A stretch of 64,000 nt of DNA from an uncultured Acidimicrobiaceae bacterium. Its GTDB lineage: Bacteria; Actinomycetota; Acidimicrobiia; Spongiisociales; UBA5794. The notes under the pieces are model-generated. The model worked only from the letters and a program-made list of their open reading frames with translations. It was not told the origin of the DNA and ran no database searches. This document shows positions 20,451 through 30,882 of this stretch, piece after piece. Each line of letters opens with the position of its first letter. The first letter of the stretch is position 1. The DNA lies in NCBI GenBank assembly GCA_964387145.1, contig CAYLVM010000003.1, positions 2,407 to 66,406 on the forward strand, written 5' to 3'. The translations under genes and the position numbers were made by a program.

Positions 20451-21518
20451 ATGGATCTCCGTGACGATCTCGTATCGCTCGCAGCTGCACACGCTGCAAC
20501 GATCGGGGTGACGGATCTCGCTCCGTTCCCTGAGGTCGGCGACGAGATGCGTGCCAGGATCGACGCCGGGTCGACGTCGAAGCTCGGGTTCACCTACAAG
20601 GATGTCGGCGTGGCGGCGGCGCCGTTGCTCTCGTTTCCGTGGGGGCGCTCGATCATCGTCGTCGCCGTCGGGTATCTGCGCGACGGCGACGGCCCACGCG
20701 ATGGCCGATCCGTCGCGCGATTCGCCGATGGCGACCGGTACCACACGCTCACCACCATCCTGGGGGAACTCGCCGATCACCTGGATCGATCCGGCCACCG
20801 GGTCGAGATCGTCTTCGACGATGATCGGCTCGTCGACAGGGCAGTCGCGGCGCGAGCGGGGGTGGGGTGGTCGGGGAAGAGCTCGATGCTGCTCGTCCCG
20901 GGGCACGGACCCTGGGTGCTCCTTGGCTCCATCGTGACCGACGCGTTGCTTCCGAGAGATGAAGCGATGCTGCGGACGTGCGGTACGTGTGACGACTGCA
21001 TCCCTGCATGTCCAACGGCAGCGATCGTCGCACCGGGAGTGATCGATGCTCGTCGCTGTCTCGCAGCCATCTTTCAATCTCGAGGTGACATCCCGCGAGA
21101 GGTTCGCACTGCGGCAGGGGGGCGGATCTATGGGTGCGATGACTGTCTGACATCATGCCCTCCCGGGGCCCGTGACCTGGAATCTCGATCGCTGGAACCC
21201 GATGCCTTCACCGCACTCGATCTTCTCGGTATGAGCGATCGGGAGCTTGCCTCGTCCGTCGCTCACTGGTACGTTCCGGGCCGCCGGATGCGTTTCCTGC
21301 GGCGCAACGCGCTGGTCGCTCTCGGCAACACAGGGAGCGAGACGGCGGTTCCGGTCATCCTCGGGTACCTCGGGCACCCCGACGCCATGCTGGCAAGACA
21401 TGCCGCGTGGTCCCTCGGGGCCCTCGCACCCGATCTCGTGGGGAGCATCAGGGATCGACTCGTCGCCACAGAGCAGGACGATGGTGTCCGCCGCGAACTC
21501 GACGCCGCCTGCGCGTGA
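20451..21518 (+). CDS. queG: tRNA epoxyqueuosine(34) reductase
   Basis: Two 4Fe-4S ferredoxin motifs (CGTCDDCIPACP, CDDCLTSCPPG) and C-terminal HEAT-like repeats. Confidence 0.85.
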   Translation: MDLRDDLVSLAAAHAATIGVTDLAPFPEVGDEMRARIDAGSTSKLGFTYKDVGVAAAPLLSFPWGRSIIVVAVGYLRDGDGPRDGRSVARFADGDRYHTLTTILGELADHLDRSGHRVEIVFDDDRLVDRAVAARAGVGWSGKSSMLLVPGHGPWVLLGSIVTDALLPRDEAMLRTCGTCDDCIPACPTAAIVAPGVIDARRCLAAIFQSRGDIPREVRTAAGGRIYGCDDCLTSCPPGARDLESRSLEPDAFTALDLLGMSDRELASSVAHWYVPGRRMRFLRRNALVALGNTGSETAVPVILGYLGHPDAMLARHAAWSLGALAPDLVGSIRDRLVATEQDDGVRRELDAACA

Positions 21519-21582
21519 AGCCGGTCGGGCGGGTCTACGCTGAAGTGTCGCAACGGCGGCGGTTCGCTGAAGGGAGACGACG

Positions 21583-21873
21583 ATGACGATGCTGTTCGGC
21601 GCTGCGCTGTTGGTCGGGTTCGTCATGCTGCTCGCCTGGGTGGCAGCCGCAACCGTTGCCGGAAGCGTCGAGGGCCACGAGCACCAGGACCCCGAGCGGT
21701 ATCTCGGCGTCGTTGGGCGCTCGGTGATGGCGGCGTTCCTTGGATTCGGCATGGCAGGACTGTCGTCTCTCTATGCGGGCTGGCCCGTTCCCCTCGTTGT
21801 CGTGGCGTCGCTCGGCGGTGCTGGTGCATTGGTCGGTGTCGGCGTCTGGCTCGGCCCGTCCGGGGTCGAGTAG
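21583..21873 (+). CDS. small membrane protein, hypothetical
   Basis: 96 aa with two or three TM helices and a GAAGGGAGA RBS. Confidence 0.5.
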   Translation: MTMLFGAALLVGFVMLLAWVAAATVAGSVEGHEHQDPERYLGVVGRSVMAAFLGFGMAGLSSLYAGWPVPLVVVASLGGAGALVGVGVWLGPSGVE

Positions 21874-21875
21874 CC

Positions 21876-22670
21876 GTGCTCATCGTCGCCGATGTCCACG
21901 CAGCAAGTGAAGCCCTCGCGCGTGTTGCCTCCCGCGGTGAGACGCTGCTCATCCTTGGTGATCTCGTGAACCTGATCGACTACCGCACCGGCGAGGGGAT
22001 CGTTGCAGACGTCGTTGGACTCGACACGGTCACCGCTATCGCGACCCTTCGTGAGCAGAATCGTTTCGATGAGGCGTCTGCAGTCTGGTCGACACGTGTC
22101 GCCGGTATCGAGGATCGCGTGCGAAACGACGTCGGTGTGGCAATGGCGAGTCAGTACGAGCAGGTTGCTGAGGCGCTCGGAGGGGTCGACGCGTACGTCA
22201 CCTACGGGAACGTCGACCGGCCCGACATGCTCGAAGCGAGCCTTCCCCCGTCATCGAGGTACGTCGATGCCGACGTCGTGGACATCGAAGGATGGAGTGT
22301 CGGATTCGTCGGTGGCGGTGTACCGAAGCTCGGCACCGATGGTGAGGTCACCCCGTCGGTCATGGCGGACAAACTCGGTCGTCTCGGCCCGGTCGACGTG
22401 CTGTGCAGCCACGTGCCACCGGCGATCGAGCCGCTGGCACGCGATGTCGTTGGGAGAGGATTCAAGGGGTCTGTCGAGATCCTCGAGTACATCGACGAGT
22501 TCCAGCCTGCTTTCCACTTCTTCGGTGACATCCATCAACCCCAGGCCCTGGTGTGGCGCCGCGGTGTCACCGTCTGTCGGAACGTTGGCTACTTCCGAGC
22601 GACGGGTCGACCGTTCCCGTTCCCGGCCAAATACGGGAAGGATCGCCCTTCGCTCCCGGAGGGCCCGTGA
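21876..22670 (+). CDS. metallophosphoesterase (calcineurin-like)
   Basis: MLIVADVHA...LLILGDLV and GNVD/GDIH motifs; GTG start. Confidence 0.7.
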   Translation: MLIVADVHAASEALARVASRGETLLILGDLVNLIDYRTGEGIVADVVGLDTVTAIATLREQNRFDEASAVWSTRVAGIEDRVRNDVGVAMASQYEQVAEALGGVDAYVTYGNVDRPDMLEASLPPSSRYVDADVVDIEGWSVGFVGGGVPKLGTDGEVTPSVMADKLGRLGPVDVLCSHVPPAIEPLARDVVGRGFKGSVEILEYIDEFQPAFHFFGDIHQPQALVWRRGVTVCRNVGYFRATGRPFPFPAKYGKDRPSLPEGP

Positions 22671-23386
22671 GCTCGATCGATCTCGATGACCTCGCCAGGG
22701 GGTACGCATACCGGCAGCCGTCGTCGGCCACACGGAAACGTGCCCGTGATGCTGCCCGGGACCAGAGCGGCATCCTGCTCGATGTCGGTGGCGGTACGGG
22801 AGCACACGCCGGTGAGTGGGCTATGGGCGGGGGCGTGCCCATCGTCGTAGACCCCTCTGGACAGATGTGTTCGATCGCAGCGACACGGCGAGGCGTCGAG
22901 GTCGTCACCGCCAGAGCAGAGGCTCTTCCGTTCGTCGGACGAAGTGCCGGACTCGTGTACTTCCACCTCTCCATCCACTACGGCGCGCTCGACGCGGTGA
23001 TCGACGAGGCGTGTCGCGTGGCCGTACCCGGTGCCAGGATCGAGATATGGACGTTCGCTCCTGAAACGATGGCATCGTCCGCCCTTGCACGATGGTTCCC
23101 TTCGATCGGACCGATCGACGCTGCAAGGTTCCCGGAGATCGACCGGATCGTCGAGCATCTCTCACAACGCGGCGCCTCCGTCGAAGTGCTGGCCATGCCC
23201 GAGGTGGTGGAACGAACTGCTGCATCGTGGCAGGAGGCAGTGGCCAACAGGTTCGTCTCGACGTTGCAGCTCATCTCGAGCAATGAGATGGCCCGAGGCC
23301 TCGCCCGGTTCACCGAGACGTACCCCGATCCCAACGATGTCTACCGCTACACGATCGACTTCGTCCGTGTCCGGGCGACACGATGA
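22667..23386 (+). CDS. class I SAM-dependent methyltransferase
   Basis: LLDVGGGTGAHA motif I; probable GTG start overlapping the upstream stop as GTGA (the ORF-track ATG at 22553 lies inside the upstream gene). Confidence 0.6.
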   Translation: MSSIDLDDLARGYAYRQPSSATRKRARDAARDQSGILLDVGGGTGAHAGEWAMGGGVPIVVDPSGQMCSIAATRRGVEVVTARAEALPFVGRSAGLVYFHLSIHYGALDAVIDEACRVAVPGARIEIWTFAPETMASSALARWFPSIGPIDAARFPEIDRIVEHLSQRGASVEVLAMPEVVERTAASWQEAVANRFVSTLQLISSNEMARGLARFTETYPDPNDVYRYTIDFVRVRATR

Positions 23387-23440
23387 GCGACGCTACCTGT
23401 GGCGCTAACCTGCGCCACCAAGATCACAAAGGAGGTACGC

Positions 23441-23884
23441 GTGACCGTGGAGGGAACCGTACAACGCATCGAGGTATCTGCCGAGCCACAGCACGTCTAC
23501 GAGGTCGCTCTCGATCTCGAGGCGTACCCGGAGTGGGCCGGCGGCGTCAAGACGGTCGCGGTCACCAAACAGGATGAGTACGGAAGGCCCCAAGAGGCAG
23601 ACTTCGTAGTCGACGGCATGGTCAAGGAGATTTCCTACACGCTCGTGTACGACTTCAACCACGACAATGGTTTCTCCTGGAAAGCGATCCCGAACGACGA
23701 CATCACGGAACTCAAGGGTCAGTACGAGTTCAACGAGATGGAAGAGGGCTGTTGTGAGGTCGTGTACGCACTCAAGGTAGATCCGGCCTTCACCGTCCCC
23801 GGGTTCCTCCGTCGTCAGGCCGAGAAGCAGATCGTCGGCACAGCACTGCGTGGGCTCAAGAAGCGGGCTGAAGAGACCAACTGA
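23441..23884 (+). CDS. SRPBCC (polyketide cyclase/START-like) family protein
   Basis: About 150 aa with the Bet v1-like pattern; GTG start after an AAAGGAGG RBS. Confidence 0.6.
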   Translation: MTVEGTVQRIEVSAEPQHVYEVALDLEAYPEWAGGVKTVAVTKQDEYGRPQEADFVVDGMVKEISYTLVYDFNHDNGFSWKAIPNDDITELKGQYEFNEMEEGCCEVVYALKVDPAFTVPGFLRRQAEKQIVGTALRGLKKRAEETN

Positions 23885-25062
23885 TGCGGATTATCCTGGT
23901 CACTGGCAAGGGGGGAGTCGGCAAGACCACCGTCTCGGCAGCGACAGCACTGCGGGCAGCCGACCTTGGCTACCGCACGCTCGTGATGTCGACCGACCCG
24001 GCACACTCTCTCGCTGACGCATTCAGTTGTCGGCTCGGAGACGACCCCACACCTGTGGTCCCGAACCTCGATGCACAACAGATCGACAGTCAGCAACGAC
24101 TCGAAGAGTCGTGGGGAGACGTTCGAGACCACCTCACCGAGTTGTTCGACTGGTCAGGGCTCAAGGGGATCGAGGCTGAGGAGCTCACCGTGTTCCCCGG
24201 GATGGACGAACTGTTCTCGCTTGCATCGGTGCGTGACCACGCGCGTTCCGATGAGTACGACCTCATCGTCGTCGACTGTGCGCCGACGGCGGAGACTCTT
24301 CGATTGCTGAGCTTGCCCGAGGTGATGTCGTGGTACATGGACAAGATGTTCCCGCTTTCACGACGCGTCGTGAAAGTCGTTCGGCCCGTGCTGGCCAAGA
24401 TGTCGTCGATGCCGGTGGCCGACGACGCCGTCTTCGATGCAGTCGCCCGGTTCTATGAGCGCCTCGATGGGATCCGCGAGTTGTTGTCAGACCCCGAGAT
24501 CACGACGGCGAGGCTCGTCATGAACCCGGAGAAGATGGTGATTGCCGAAGCCCGCAGGACGTACACCTACCTCGGGCTCTTCGGCTACGGTGTCGACTCG
24601 GCGATCGTCAACCGCGTTCTCCCCGACTCGGTCACGGACCCCTACTTCGACCGATGGCGCGAGATCCAGGAGGGTCATCTCGAGACGGTGGCCGATGGGT
24701 TCATCGGCACCGACATCCGAACGCTGCGACTCTTCGACGAGGAGATGGTCGGAATCGAGTTGTTGAGGGTGGTTGCCGAGGAGCTCTACGGGGACGATGA
24801 CCCGACAGACCGGCTCTCAGCGATCGATCCGCTCAGGATTGAAGACGAGGCCGATTCCGACGACGTCGCCCTCGTGCTCAGCGTTCCCCTCGCAGAGAAG
24901 GGCGACGTCGACGTCATGAGGCACGACGACGAGCTCTTCGTGACGATCGGGCCGTACCGACGAAGCCTCGTGCTCCCCGATTCACTGAAGCGACGCAAGA
25001 TCAAACGAGCCAAGCTCGACGCGGGAGAGCTCCGCGTCTTGTTCACATTGGAGGATCGATGA
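23884..25062 (+). CDS. ArsA/GET3-family anion-transporting ATPase with C-terminal Hsp20/CS-like domain
   Basis: Deviant Walker A GKGGVGKTT, STDPAHSL, ~300-aa ATPase core plus a C-terminal beta-sandwich-like extension. Confidence 0.8.
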   Translation: MRIILVTGKGGVGKTTVSAATALRAADLGYRTLVMSTDPAHSLADAFSCRLGDDPTPVVPNLDAQQIDSQQRLEESWGDVRDHLTELFDWSGLKGIEAEELTVFPGMDELFSLASVRDHARSDEYDLIVVDCAPTAETLRLLSLPEVMSWYMDKMFPLSRRVVKVVRPVLAKMSSMPVADDAVFDAVARFYERLDGIRELLSDPEITTARLVMNPEKMVIAEARRTYTYLGLFGYGVDSAIVNRVLPDSVTDPYFDRWREIQEGHLETVADGFIGTDIRTLRLFDEEMVGIELLRVVAEELYGDDDPTDRLSAIDPLRIEDEADSDDVALVLSVPLAEKGDVDVMRHDDELFVTIGPYRRSLVLPDSLKRRKIKRAKLDAGELRVLFTLEDR

Positions 25063-25247
25063 GCAACGAGAAATCGACTGATGCACTCGTGGACGGCGTC
25101 AAGACGGCAGTCGTTCACTTCGGGAAGGCCGCATTCGAGGTCGCAGCAGGTGTTGGCTCCCTCTTCATCGGGATCACCCAAACGGTACGATCCGGTTCAC
25201 AGCCCGATGACAACGACACCGGCCCACAGAAGGTCCCCGTCGAGTAG
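25059..25247 (+). CDS. small hypothetical protein
   Basis: 62-aa ORF whose start overlaps the ArsA stop as ATGA; no recognisable domain. Confidence 0.3.
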   Translation: MSNEKSTDALVDGVKTAVVHFGKAAFEVAAGVGSLFIGITQTVRSGSQPDDNDTGPQKVPVE

Positions 25248-25259
25248 GAGGTCGCGTTC

Positions 25260-26192
25260 ATGTCAACGATCGGGATCGATCTCGGTGGAACCAAGGCGCT
25301 TGCCGTGCTTGTCGACGACGGCGAGGTCACAGAGACGCGGCGCGTTGGCCTCGATCGCTCTCTCGGCACCATCGATGCGGTCATCGCATCGATCGAGGCC
25401 ATCCAGAGCGACGACACGACGTCGATCGGCGTGGGTGTCGCCGGACTCGTACGGACGTCCGATGGTGTTCTGGTCTGGGGTCCCCACCTTCCGGGAAGCA
25501 ACGTCGCGATCGGTTCGGAGATCTCGAAACGGTTCGGCGTCCCGGTGTTCGTCGACAACGACGCGAACACGGCCCTGTACGGCGAGCTGAAGTTCGGTGT
25601 GGCGAGCGGCTATCGCGATGTCGTGCTGGTCACGCTCGGCACGGGGATCGGTGGTGCGATCGCCGTCGACGGTGAGATCTACCGCGGGTCCGGGTTCGCA
25701 GGCGAGTGGGGGCACGTGCGTGTGGAAGGTGACGGTCTGCTGTGCGACTGTGGTCGCAGAGGATGTTGGGAGACCCGAGCGTCCGGGCCCGCACTGGTAC
25801 GACTTGCAAAGGAGGTCACGACGGGGAACCCCGATTGTGCATTGGCACGGATCTTGAACGGCGCCCCGATCACGGGAGAGACCGTCGTTGCTGCAGCCGA
25901 TGCGGGTGACGAGACGGCTCGTGCCCTCGTCACCGAGGTCGGTCGTGCACTCGGGCAAGGTCTCGCCGACCTGACGGCCATTCTCGATCCAGAGTTGATC
26001 GTCGTTGGCGGCGGTCTCGGTTCGATCGGCGAGTCGATCGTCGGACCTGCACGCCGGGTTCTCGCCGACTCGCTTCATGGTGGGAATCTTCGGGTTCCTC
26101 CTACCGTTCAGGTAGCGAAGCTCGGACCAACGGCAGGTGCTGTTGGTGCTGCGCTCATGGCTGAAGAGGAGACGCGTGGACGACTTGGGTAG
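25260..26192 (+). CDS. ROK-family glucokinase / sugar kinase
   Basis: IGIDLGGTK N-terminus and the ROK zinc motif CDCGRRGCWE. Confidence 0.85.
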   Translation: MSTIGIDLGGTKALAVLVDDGEVTETRRVGLDRSLGTIDAVIASIEAIQSDDTTSIGVGVAGLVRTSDGVLVWGPHLPGSNVAIGSEISKRFGVPVFVDNDANTALYGELKFGVASGYRDVVLVTLGTGIGGAIAVDGEIYRGSGFAGEWGHVRVEGDGLLCDCGRRGCWETRASGPALVRLAKEVTTGNPDCALARILNGAPITGETVVAAADAGDETARALVTEVGRALGQGLADLTAILDPELIVVGGGLGSIGESIVGPARRVLADSLHGGNLRVPPTVQVAKLGPTAGAVGAALMAEEETRGRLG

Positions 26193-26199
26193 AAACCAG

Positions 26200-26592
26200 A
26201 TGCGTGGTGTCGACGATTCGACGCCGATCGACCGGCGCGGATGGCGTGAGGTGTCGATGGAAGCAGTCCTACTGATCCCGAACCTCGTCAAACTGCTCAT
26301 GCGACTGATGCGTGATCCACGGGTCCCGATACGTCGAAAGGTGCTCGTCGGGGCAGTCATCGTCTACGTCGTGTCCCCGATCGACCTGATCCCCGATTTC
26401 ATCGTCGGATTCGGCAAACTCGACGACATCGTCGTTCTGTCCGTAGCGATCAACCACCTCATGGCCGGTGCCGAGGCGACCATCGTCGAAGAACACTGGG
26501 ACGGTTCCGTCGACTCCCTCGACCTCGTGCTCTCTGTCTTTCGTTGGGGTGCTGAGATCGTCCCTGGACTCGACAAGGTGCTGCCGGAGTAG
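26200..26592 (+). CDS. DUF1232 (YkvA-like) membrane protein
   Basis: VYVVSPIDLIPDFIVGFGKLDDIVV signature; start taken at ATG 26200 after the ROK stop. Confidence 0.55.
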   Translation: MRGVDDSTPIDRRGWREVSMEAVLLIPNLVKLLMRLMRDPRVPIRRKVLVGAVIVYVVSPIDLIPDFIVGFGKLDDIVVLSVAINHLMAGAEATIVEEHWDGSVDSLDLVLSVFRWGAEIVPGLDKVLPE

Positions 26593-26627
26593 GCCGGGCG
26601 CTGTACGATCGGCGCTATCGTCGTCCC

Positions 26628-27809
26628 ATGCAGTTTCGACGAATCGACAATCTTCCTCCCTACGTGTTCGCCGAGGTGAACGAGCGGACGAGGCAAGCCC
26701 GCAGGGCCGGCATCGACGTCATCGACCTCGGCTTCGGCAACCCCGACATCCCATCTCCTCCCGGCGTCGTCGACAAGCTCGTCGAGGCGGCCCGCCAGGG
26801 AAAGAACCATCGCTACTCGGCATCACGCGGGATACCGAACCTGCGCAAAGCGGTGGCAGACCGGTACCTGCGGGCGTTCGGCGTGTCCCTCGACCCCGAC
26901 ACGGAGATCATCAACACGATCGGAGCAAAGGAGGGGCTCTCACATCTGATGTGGGTGCTCGTCCAGCCGGGAGACGTTGCTCTCGTTCCCGAACCGTCGT
27001 ACCCGATACACATCTACGCTCCCGTCCTTGCAGGCGCAGAGGTACGCCGAGTGCGTCTGACCACCGACTCGGACTTCTTCGATCGCTTGACAGCGGCGTT
27101 CCGCACATCCTGGCCAAAGCCCAAGGTGATCGTCACGTCTTTCCCACACAACCCGACGACGGTGGCGGTAGACCTCGATTTCTTCGAGCGGCTCGTCGAC
27201 TTCGCTCACCGCAACGACGTCGTCATCGTCCACGACTTCGCCTACGCCGACATCAGCTTCGATGGGTATCGGCCCCCGTCCCTGCTTCAGGTCGACGGAG
27301 CCAAGGATGTGGCGGTCGAGCTCTACACCCTTTCCAAGTCCCACTCGATGGCGGGATGGCGAGTCGGGTTCGTCGTCGGCAACGCAGAGATCGTCGATGC
27401 CCTTGGCCAGTTGAAGTCCTACCTCGACTACGGCACGTTCCAACCCATCCAGATCGCCTCGATCATCGCGTTGAATGAACACGATGCGTACATCGATGAG
27501 GTCGTCGATGTCTACCGAACACGTCGTGACACGTTGATCGAAGGGCTGCATCGAGCAGGATGGGAGGTCGAAGCTCCCCGGGCCACCATGTTCGTATGGG
27601 CGAGGATCCCGGAGCGCTTCATCGATCGTGGAAGCCTTCAGTTCGCCTTCGACCTCCTCGACCATGCCCAGGTCGCCGTCAGCCCCGGCATCGGCTTCGG
27701 GCCGTCGGGAGATCACCACGTCCGTTTCGCCTTGGTCGAGAACGAACAACGAATCTCCCAGGCCATGCGGAACATTCGAAGGTACCTGTCCACCGGAACA
27801 CCTTCGTGA
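26628..27809 (+). CDS. pyridoxal-phosphate-dependent aminotransferase, class I (Ala/Asp aminotransferase type)
   Basis: 393 aa; LPPYVFAEV, SKSHSMAGWRVGF PLP-lysine region. Confidence 0.85.
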   Translation: MQFRRIDNLPPYVFAEVNERTRQARRAGIDVIDLGFGNPDIPSPPGVVDKLVEAARQGKNHRYSASRGIPNLRKAVADRYLRAFGVSLDPDTEIINTIGAKEGLSHLMWVLVQPGDVALVPEPSYPIHIYAPVLAGAEVRRVRLTTDSDFFDRLTAAFRTSWPKPKVIVTSFPHNPTTVAVDLDFFERLVDFAHRNDVVIVHDFAYADISFDGYRPPSLLQVDGAKDVAVELYTLSKSHSMAGWRVGFVVGNAEIVDALGQLKSYLDYGTFQPIQIASIIALNEHDAYIDEVVDVYRTRRDTLIEGLHRAGWEVEAPRATMFVWARIPERFIDRGSLQFAFDLLDHAQVAVSPGIGFGPSGDHHVRFALVENEQRISQAMRNIRRYLSTGTPS

Positions 27810-27866
27810 AACCGGTCTGCACCACGACAGGTCACAACGTCGTCACCAATCCGGGGTAGGAAGAAC

Positions 27867-28793
27867 ATGAGCTACGCGGTGCTGTTCCCAGGCCAAGGCA
27901 GTCAACGCGTCGGGATGTGCCCCGACGTCCGAGAACGCCGAACCGACCTTCTCGGGCCGGCAGCGAACGACGTACTCGGTTGGAACCTCGATCGAATGAT
28001 CGCCGAGGGCCCGCCGGAGGACCTCGTCAAGACGCAGCATGCTCAACCAGCGCTGTACGCAACTTCATTCGCCCTGTGGAGCGAGTTTTCCGATGCGGTC
28101 GAGGTGCCGCCATCTGCCGCGGCAGGCCACTCGCTCGGGGAGTACACCGCCCTTGCAGCAGCAGGTGCGTTCTCGTACATCGATGGGCTGGCGCTCGTAG
28201 CCAGACGCGGGTTGGCGATGGCCGATGCAGCAGCACAGGCATCGTCGGGGATGGCTGCGCTCATCGGCGCCGACATCGCGACCGCTGAAGACGTCGTATC
28301 CCACCGACGCGCGATCGGCGGAGATCTCGTCATAGCCAACATCAACGCTCCGGGCCAGATCGTCGTAGCCGGCAGTACAGACGACATCGAGTGGCTGGCC
28401 GCCAACGCCAGGGAACACGGCATACGCAGGGCGATCGTCCTCGAAGTCGCCGGAGGGTTCCACTCCCCGTTCATGGCTCCGGCGGCAAAGTCGCTGCGCA
28501 GGGCACTTGAAGGTGTGGCAATGGCCCCGCCACACTTCGCCGTGTACGCGAACGTCTCAGCGGAACCGACGGACGATCCGGTCAGGACCCTGAGCGCGCA
28601 GCTGACCGCACCGGTTCGTTTCTCTGAGACACTTACGGCTATCGCTGCTTGTGGTGTCGACACGTTCATCCACATCGGTCCGGGTGACGTCACCGCCGGA
28701 CTCGTCAAACGGACCGTCGACGACGCTACGGTTCACGTCGTTTCGAGCATCGAGCAAGCGCGTGAAGTCGCGAGTGTGGTGTCCGTACAATGA
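27867..28793 (+). CDS. fabD: malonyl-CoA:ACP transacylase
   Basis: FPGQGSQ and GHSLGEY motifs. Confidence 0.9.
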   Translation: MSYAVLFPGQGSQRVGMCPDVRERRTDLLGPAANDVLGWNLDRMIAEGPPEDLVKTQHAQPALYATSFALWSEFSDAVEVPPSAAAGHSLGEYTALAAAGAFSYIDGLALVARRGLAMADAAAQASSGMAALIGADIATAEDVVSHRRAIGGDLVIANINAPGQIVVAGSTDDIEWLAANAREHGIRRAIVLEVAGGFHSPFMAPAAKSLRRALEGVAMAPPHFAVYANVSAEPTDDPVRTLSAQLTAPVRFSETLTAIAACGVDTFIHIGPGDVTAGLVKRTVDDATVHVVSSIEQAREVASVVSVQ

Positions 28794-28818
28794 TGCCCTC
28801 AGGGAAGGAATCACACTC

Positions 28819-29877
28819 ATGAACGCCACGATCACCGGCTGGGGAAACTGTGTCCCCCAGTCCGTCCTCTCCAACGATGACCTGTCGAGCGTCATCGACA
28901 CATCGGACGAGTGGATCACGTCGCGCTCCGGGATCAAGGAGCGTCGCGTCTCGCATGTCAACAACTCCGACATGGCGGCCCTTGCAGGCAAGCGCGCGCT
29001 TAGCGCAGCGGGCCTCGACGCCTCGGACCTCGACTACATCATCGTGGCCACGTGTACGGCCGACCGTCAGATCCCCTCGACGGCGTGTTACGTCCAGGCC
29101 AAGATCGGGGCCCTCAACGCAGCTGCTACAGATCTCAACGCCGGATGCACCGGCTTCCTCTACGGGCTGTCGATGGGCCACGGCCTTCTCGCCACCGGCC
29201 AGGCACGCAGGGTGCTCGTGATCGGATCTGAGCGGATCTCGTCGTTCCTCAACCTCGAGGAGCGCTCGACGGCGGTGCTTTTCGGTGACGGAGCAGGTGC
29301 CGTGATCCTGGAGGGAACAGAGAGTTCCGACGGTATGGCGGCAACGCTGCTCGGCTCCGACGGCAACGGCGCCGAGGCCCTCACTGCCCATGGTGTCGGC
29401 ACCGAGTTCATCGGCAGCGGGGTGGATACGGCGATCGTCATGGATGGGGCAGAGATCTTCCGCAACGCGGTCGTTCGTATGGAGGAGTCCGTCGTGCGCG
29501 TCGCTGAGCTTGCAGGTTGGGACCTCGATGAGATCGATCTCATCATCCCGCACCAGGCGAACATCAGGATCATCGATGCGGTCAGGCGGCGGGTCGGCGT
29601 CTCTGAGGACAAGGTGTTCGTCAACATCCATCGGTACGGCAACACGTCGGCTGCCACGATCCCCATCGCTCTTGCAGAGGCGGTCGATGAGGGCCGCATT
29701 CAGCCCGGTCACAAGATGGTGTTCGTAGCATTCGGTGCCGGTATGACGTGGGGCGCCGTCGCCCTCAAGTGGGGCGAACGCGTCGACCCGATCGAGACGA
29801 TCGACGAGGAACTCCCTGTACCCGAGATGACCGCACTCGAGATGGTTGTGAGCAATCAGAAGGCGTTGCACGCATGA
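28819..29877 (+). CDS. fabH: 3-oxoacyl-ACP synthase III
   Basis: True start is the internal ATG at 28819 after an AGGGAAGGAA RBS (MNATITGWG); active-site Cys in [24 protein letters not shown]. Confidence 0.9.
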   Translation: MNATITGWGNCVPQSVLSNDDLSSVIDTSDEWITSRSGIKERRVSHVNNSDMAALAGKRALSAAGLDASDLDYIIVATCTADRQIPSTACYVQAKIGALNAAATDLNAGCTGFLYGLSMGHGLLATGQARRVLVIGSERISSFLNLEERSTAVLFGDGAGAVILEGTESSDGMAATLLGSDGNGAEALTAHGVGTEFIGSGVDTAIVMDGAEIFRNAVVRMEESVVRVAELAGWDLDEIDLIIPHQANIRIIDAVRRRVGVSEDKVFVNIHRYGNTSAATIPIALAEAVDEGRIQPGHKMVFVAFGAGMTWGAVALKWGERVDPIETIDEELPVPEMTALEMVVSNQKALHA

Positions 29878-30608
29878 GCGGTGTTGCACTCGTCACGGGG
29901 GCGTCGAGAGGTATCGGCGCAGCCATCGCCACAGCGCTCGCGGCCGATGGATTCGCCGTTGCTGTGAACTATGCAAAGAGCGTCGAGGGGGCACAGCGTG
30001 TGGTCGACGACATCGTGGCAGATGGTGGGACGGCGATCTCGATCCAGGCAGATGTTTCCGATGCCGAGCACGTCGCTGCCATGTTCACGACCGTTGCAGA
30101 GAAACTCGGTCCCGTATCGGTGCTCGTGAACAACGCGGGGATCACCGACGATGGACTGCTGTTGCGTATGGGCCTCGACCAGTGGGACACGGTGATCGCG
30201 ACGAATCTTCGATCGGTCTACCTGTGCACGAAAGCGGCGCTCAAGCCGATGATCCGGGCGAAGGCGGGTCGCATCATCTCTATCAGTTCGGTGTCGGGGG
30301 TATCTGGCAACCCTGGTCAGAGTAACTACGCGGCGTCCAAGGCCGGGATCATCGGCTTCACACAGTCGATCGCCAAGGAGGTAGGGTCGCGTGGTATCAC
30401 CGTCAACGCCATCGCCCCCGGGTTCATCGCAACAGACATGACAGATGCACTCGGCGACGCCGTCGCCGAAGGTGTCGTCCAGCAGATCTCTTTGGGCCGC
30501 CTCGGCCGTCCAGAAGAAGTGGCGTCCGTCGTTCGCTATCTTGCATCCGACGGTGCTTCGTACATCACAGGCCAAACGCTCGTCGTCGACGGCGGGTTGG
30601 CTCTATAG
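29874..30608 (+). CDS. fabG: 3-oxoacyl-ACP reductase
   Basis: True start ATG at 29874 overlapping the fabH stop (ATGA); [22 protein letters not shown] motifs. Confidence 0.9.
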   Translation: MSGVALVTGASRGIGAAIATALAADGFAVAVNYAKSVEGAQRVVDDIVADGGTAISIQADVSDAEHVAAMFTTVAEKLGPVSVLVNNAGITDDGLLLRMGLDQWDTVIATNLRSVYLCTKAALKPMIRAKAGRIISISSVSGVSGNPGQSNYAASKAGIIGFTQSIAKEVGSRGITVNAIAPGFIATDMTDALGDAVAEGVVQQISLGRLGRPEEVASVVRYLASDGASYITGQTLVVDGGLAL

Positions 30609-30628
30609 ACATCAGGGAGGCGCGAGCC

Positions 30629-30874
30629 ATGGAACGTGCAGAGATCGAATCGAAGATGAGGGAACTCCTCGTCGAGGAACTGGGACTAGATGCCGACGCC
30701 ATCGCTATGGACGCCCGGTTCGAAGAGGACCTCGAGGTCGACTCGCTCGGCGTCGTCGAACTCTTGATGGCACTCGAGGACAACTTCGGCGTACAGATCC
30801 CCGACGAGGAGGCCGAGTCCATCGGAACCGTCGGCCAGGCAGTCGATCTCGTCGAGCAGAAGCTCAACGGCTAG
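30629..30874 (+). CDS. acpP: acyl carrier protein
   Basis: 81 aa with the DSL phosphopantetheine attachment motif (LEVDSLGVVEL). Confidence 0.9.
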   Translation: MERAEIESKMRELLVEELGLDADAIAMDARFEEDLEVDSLGVVELLMALEDNFGVQIPDEEAESIGTVGQAVDLVEQKLNG

Positions 30875-30882
30875 GAGACACC

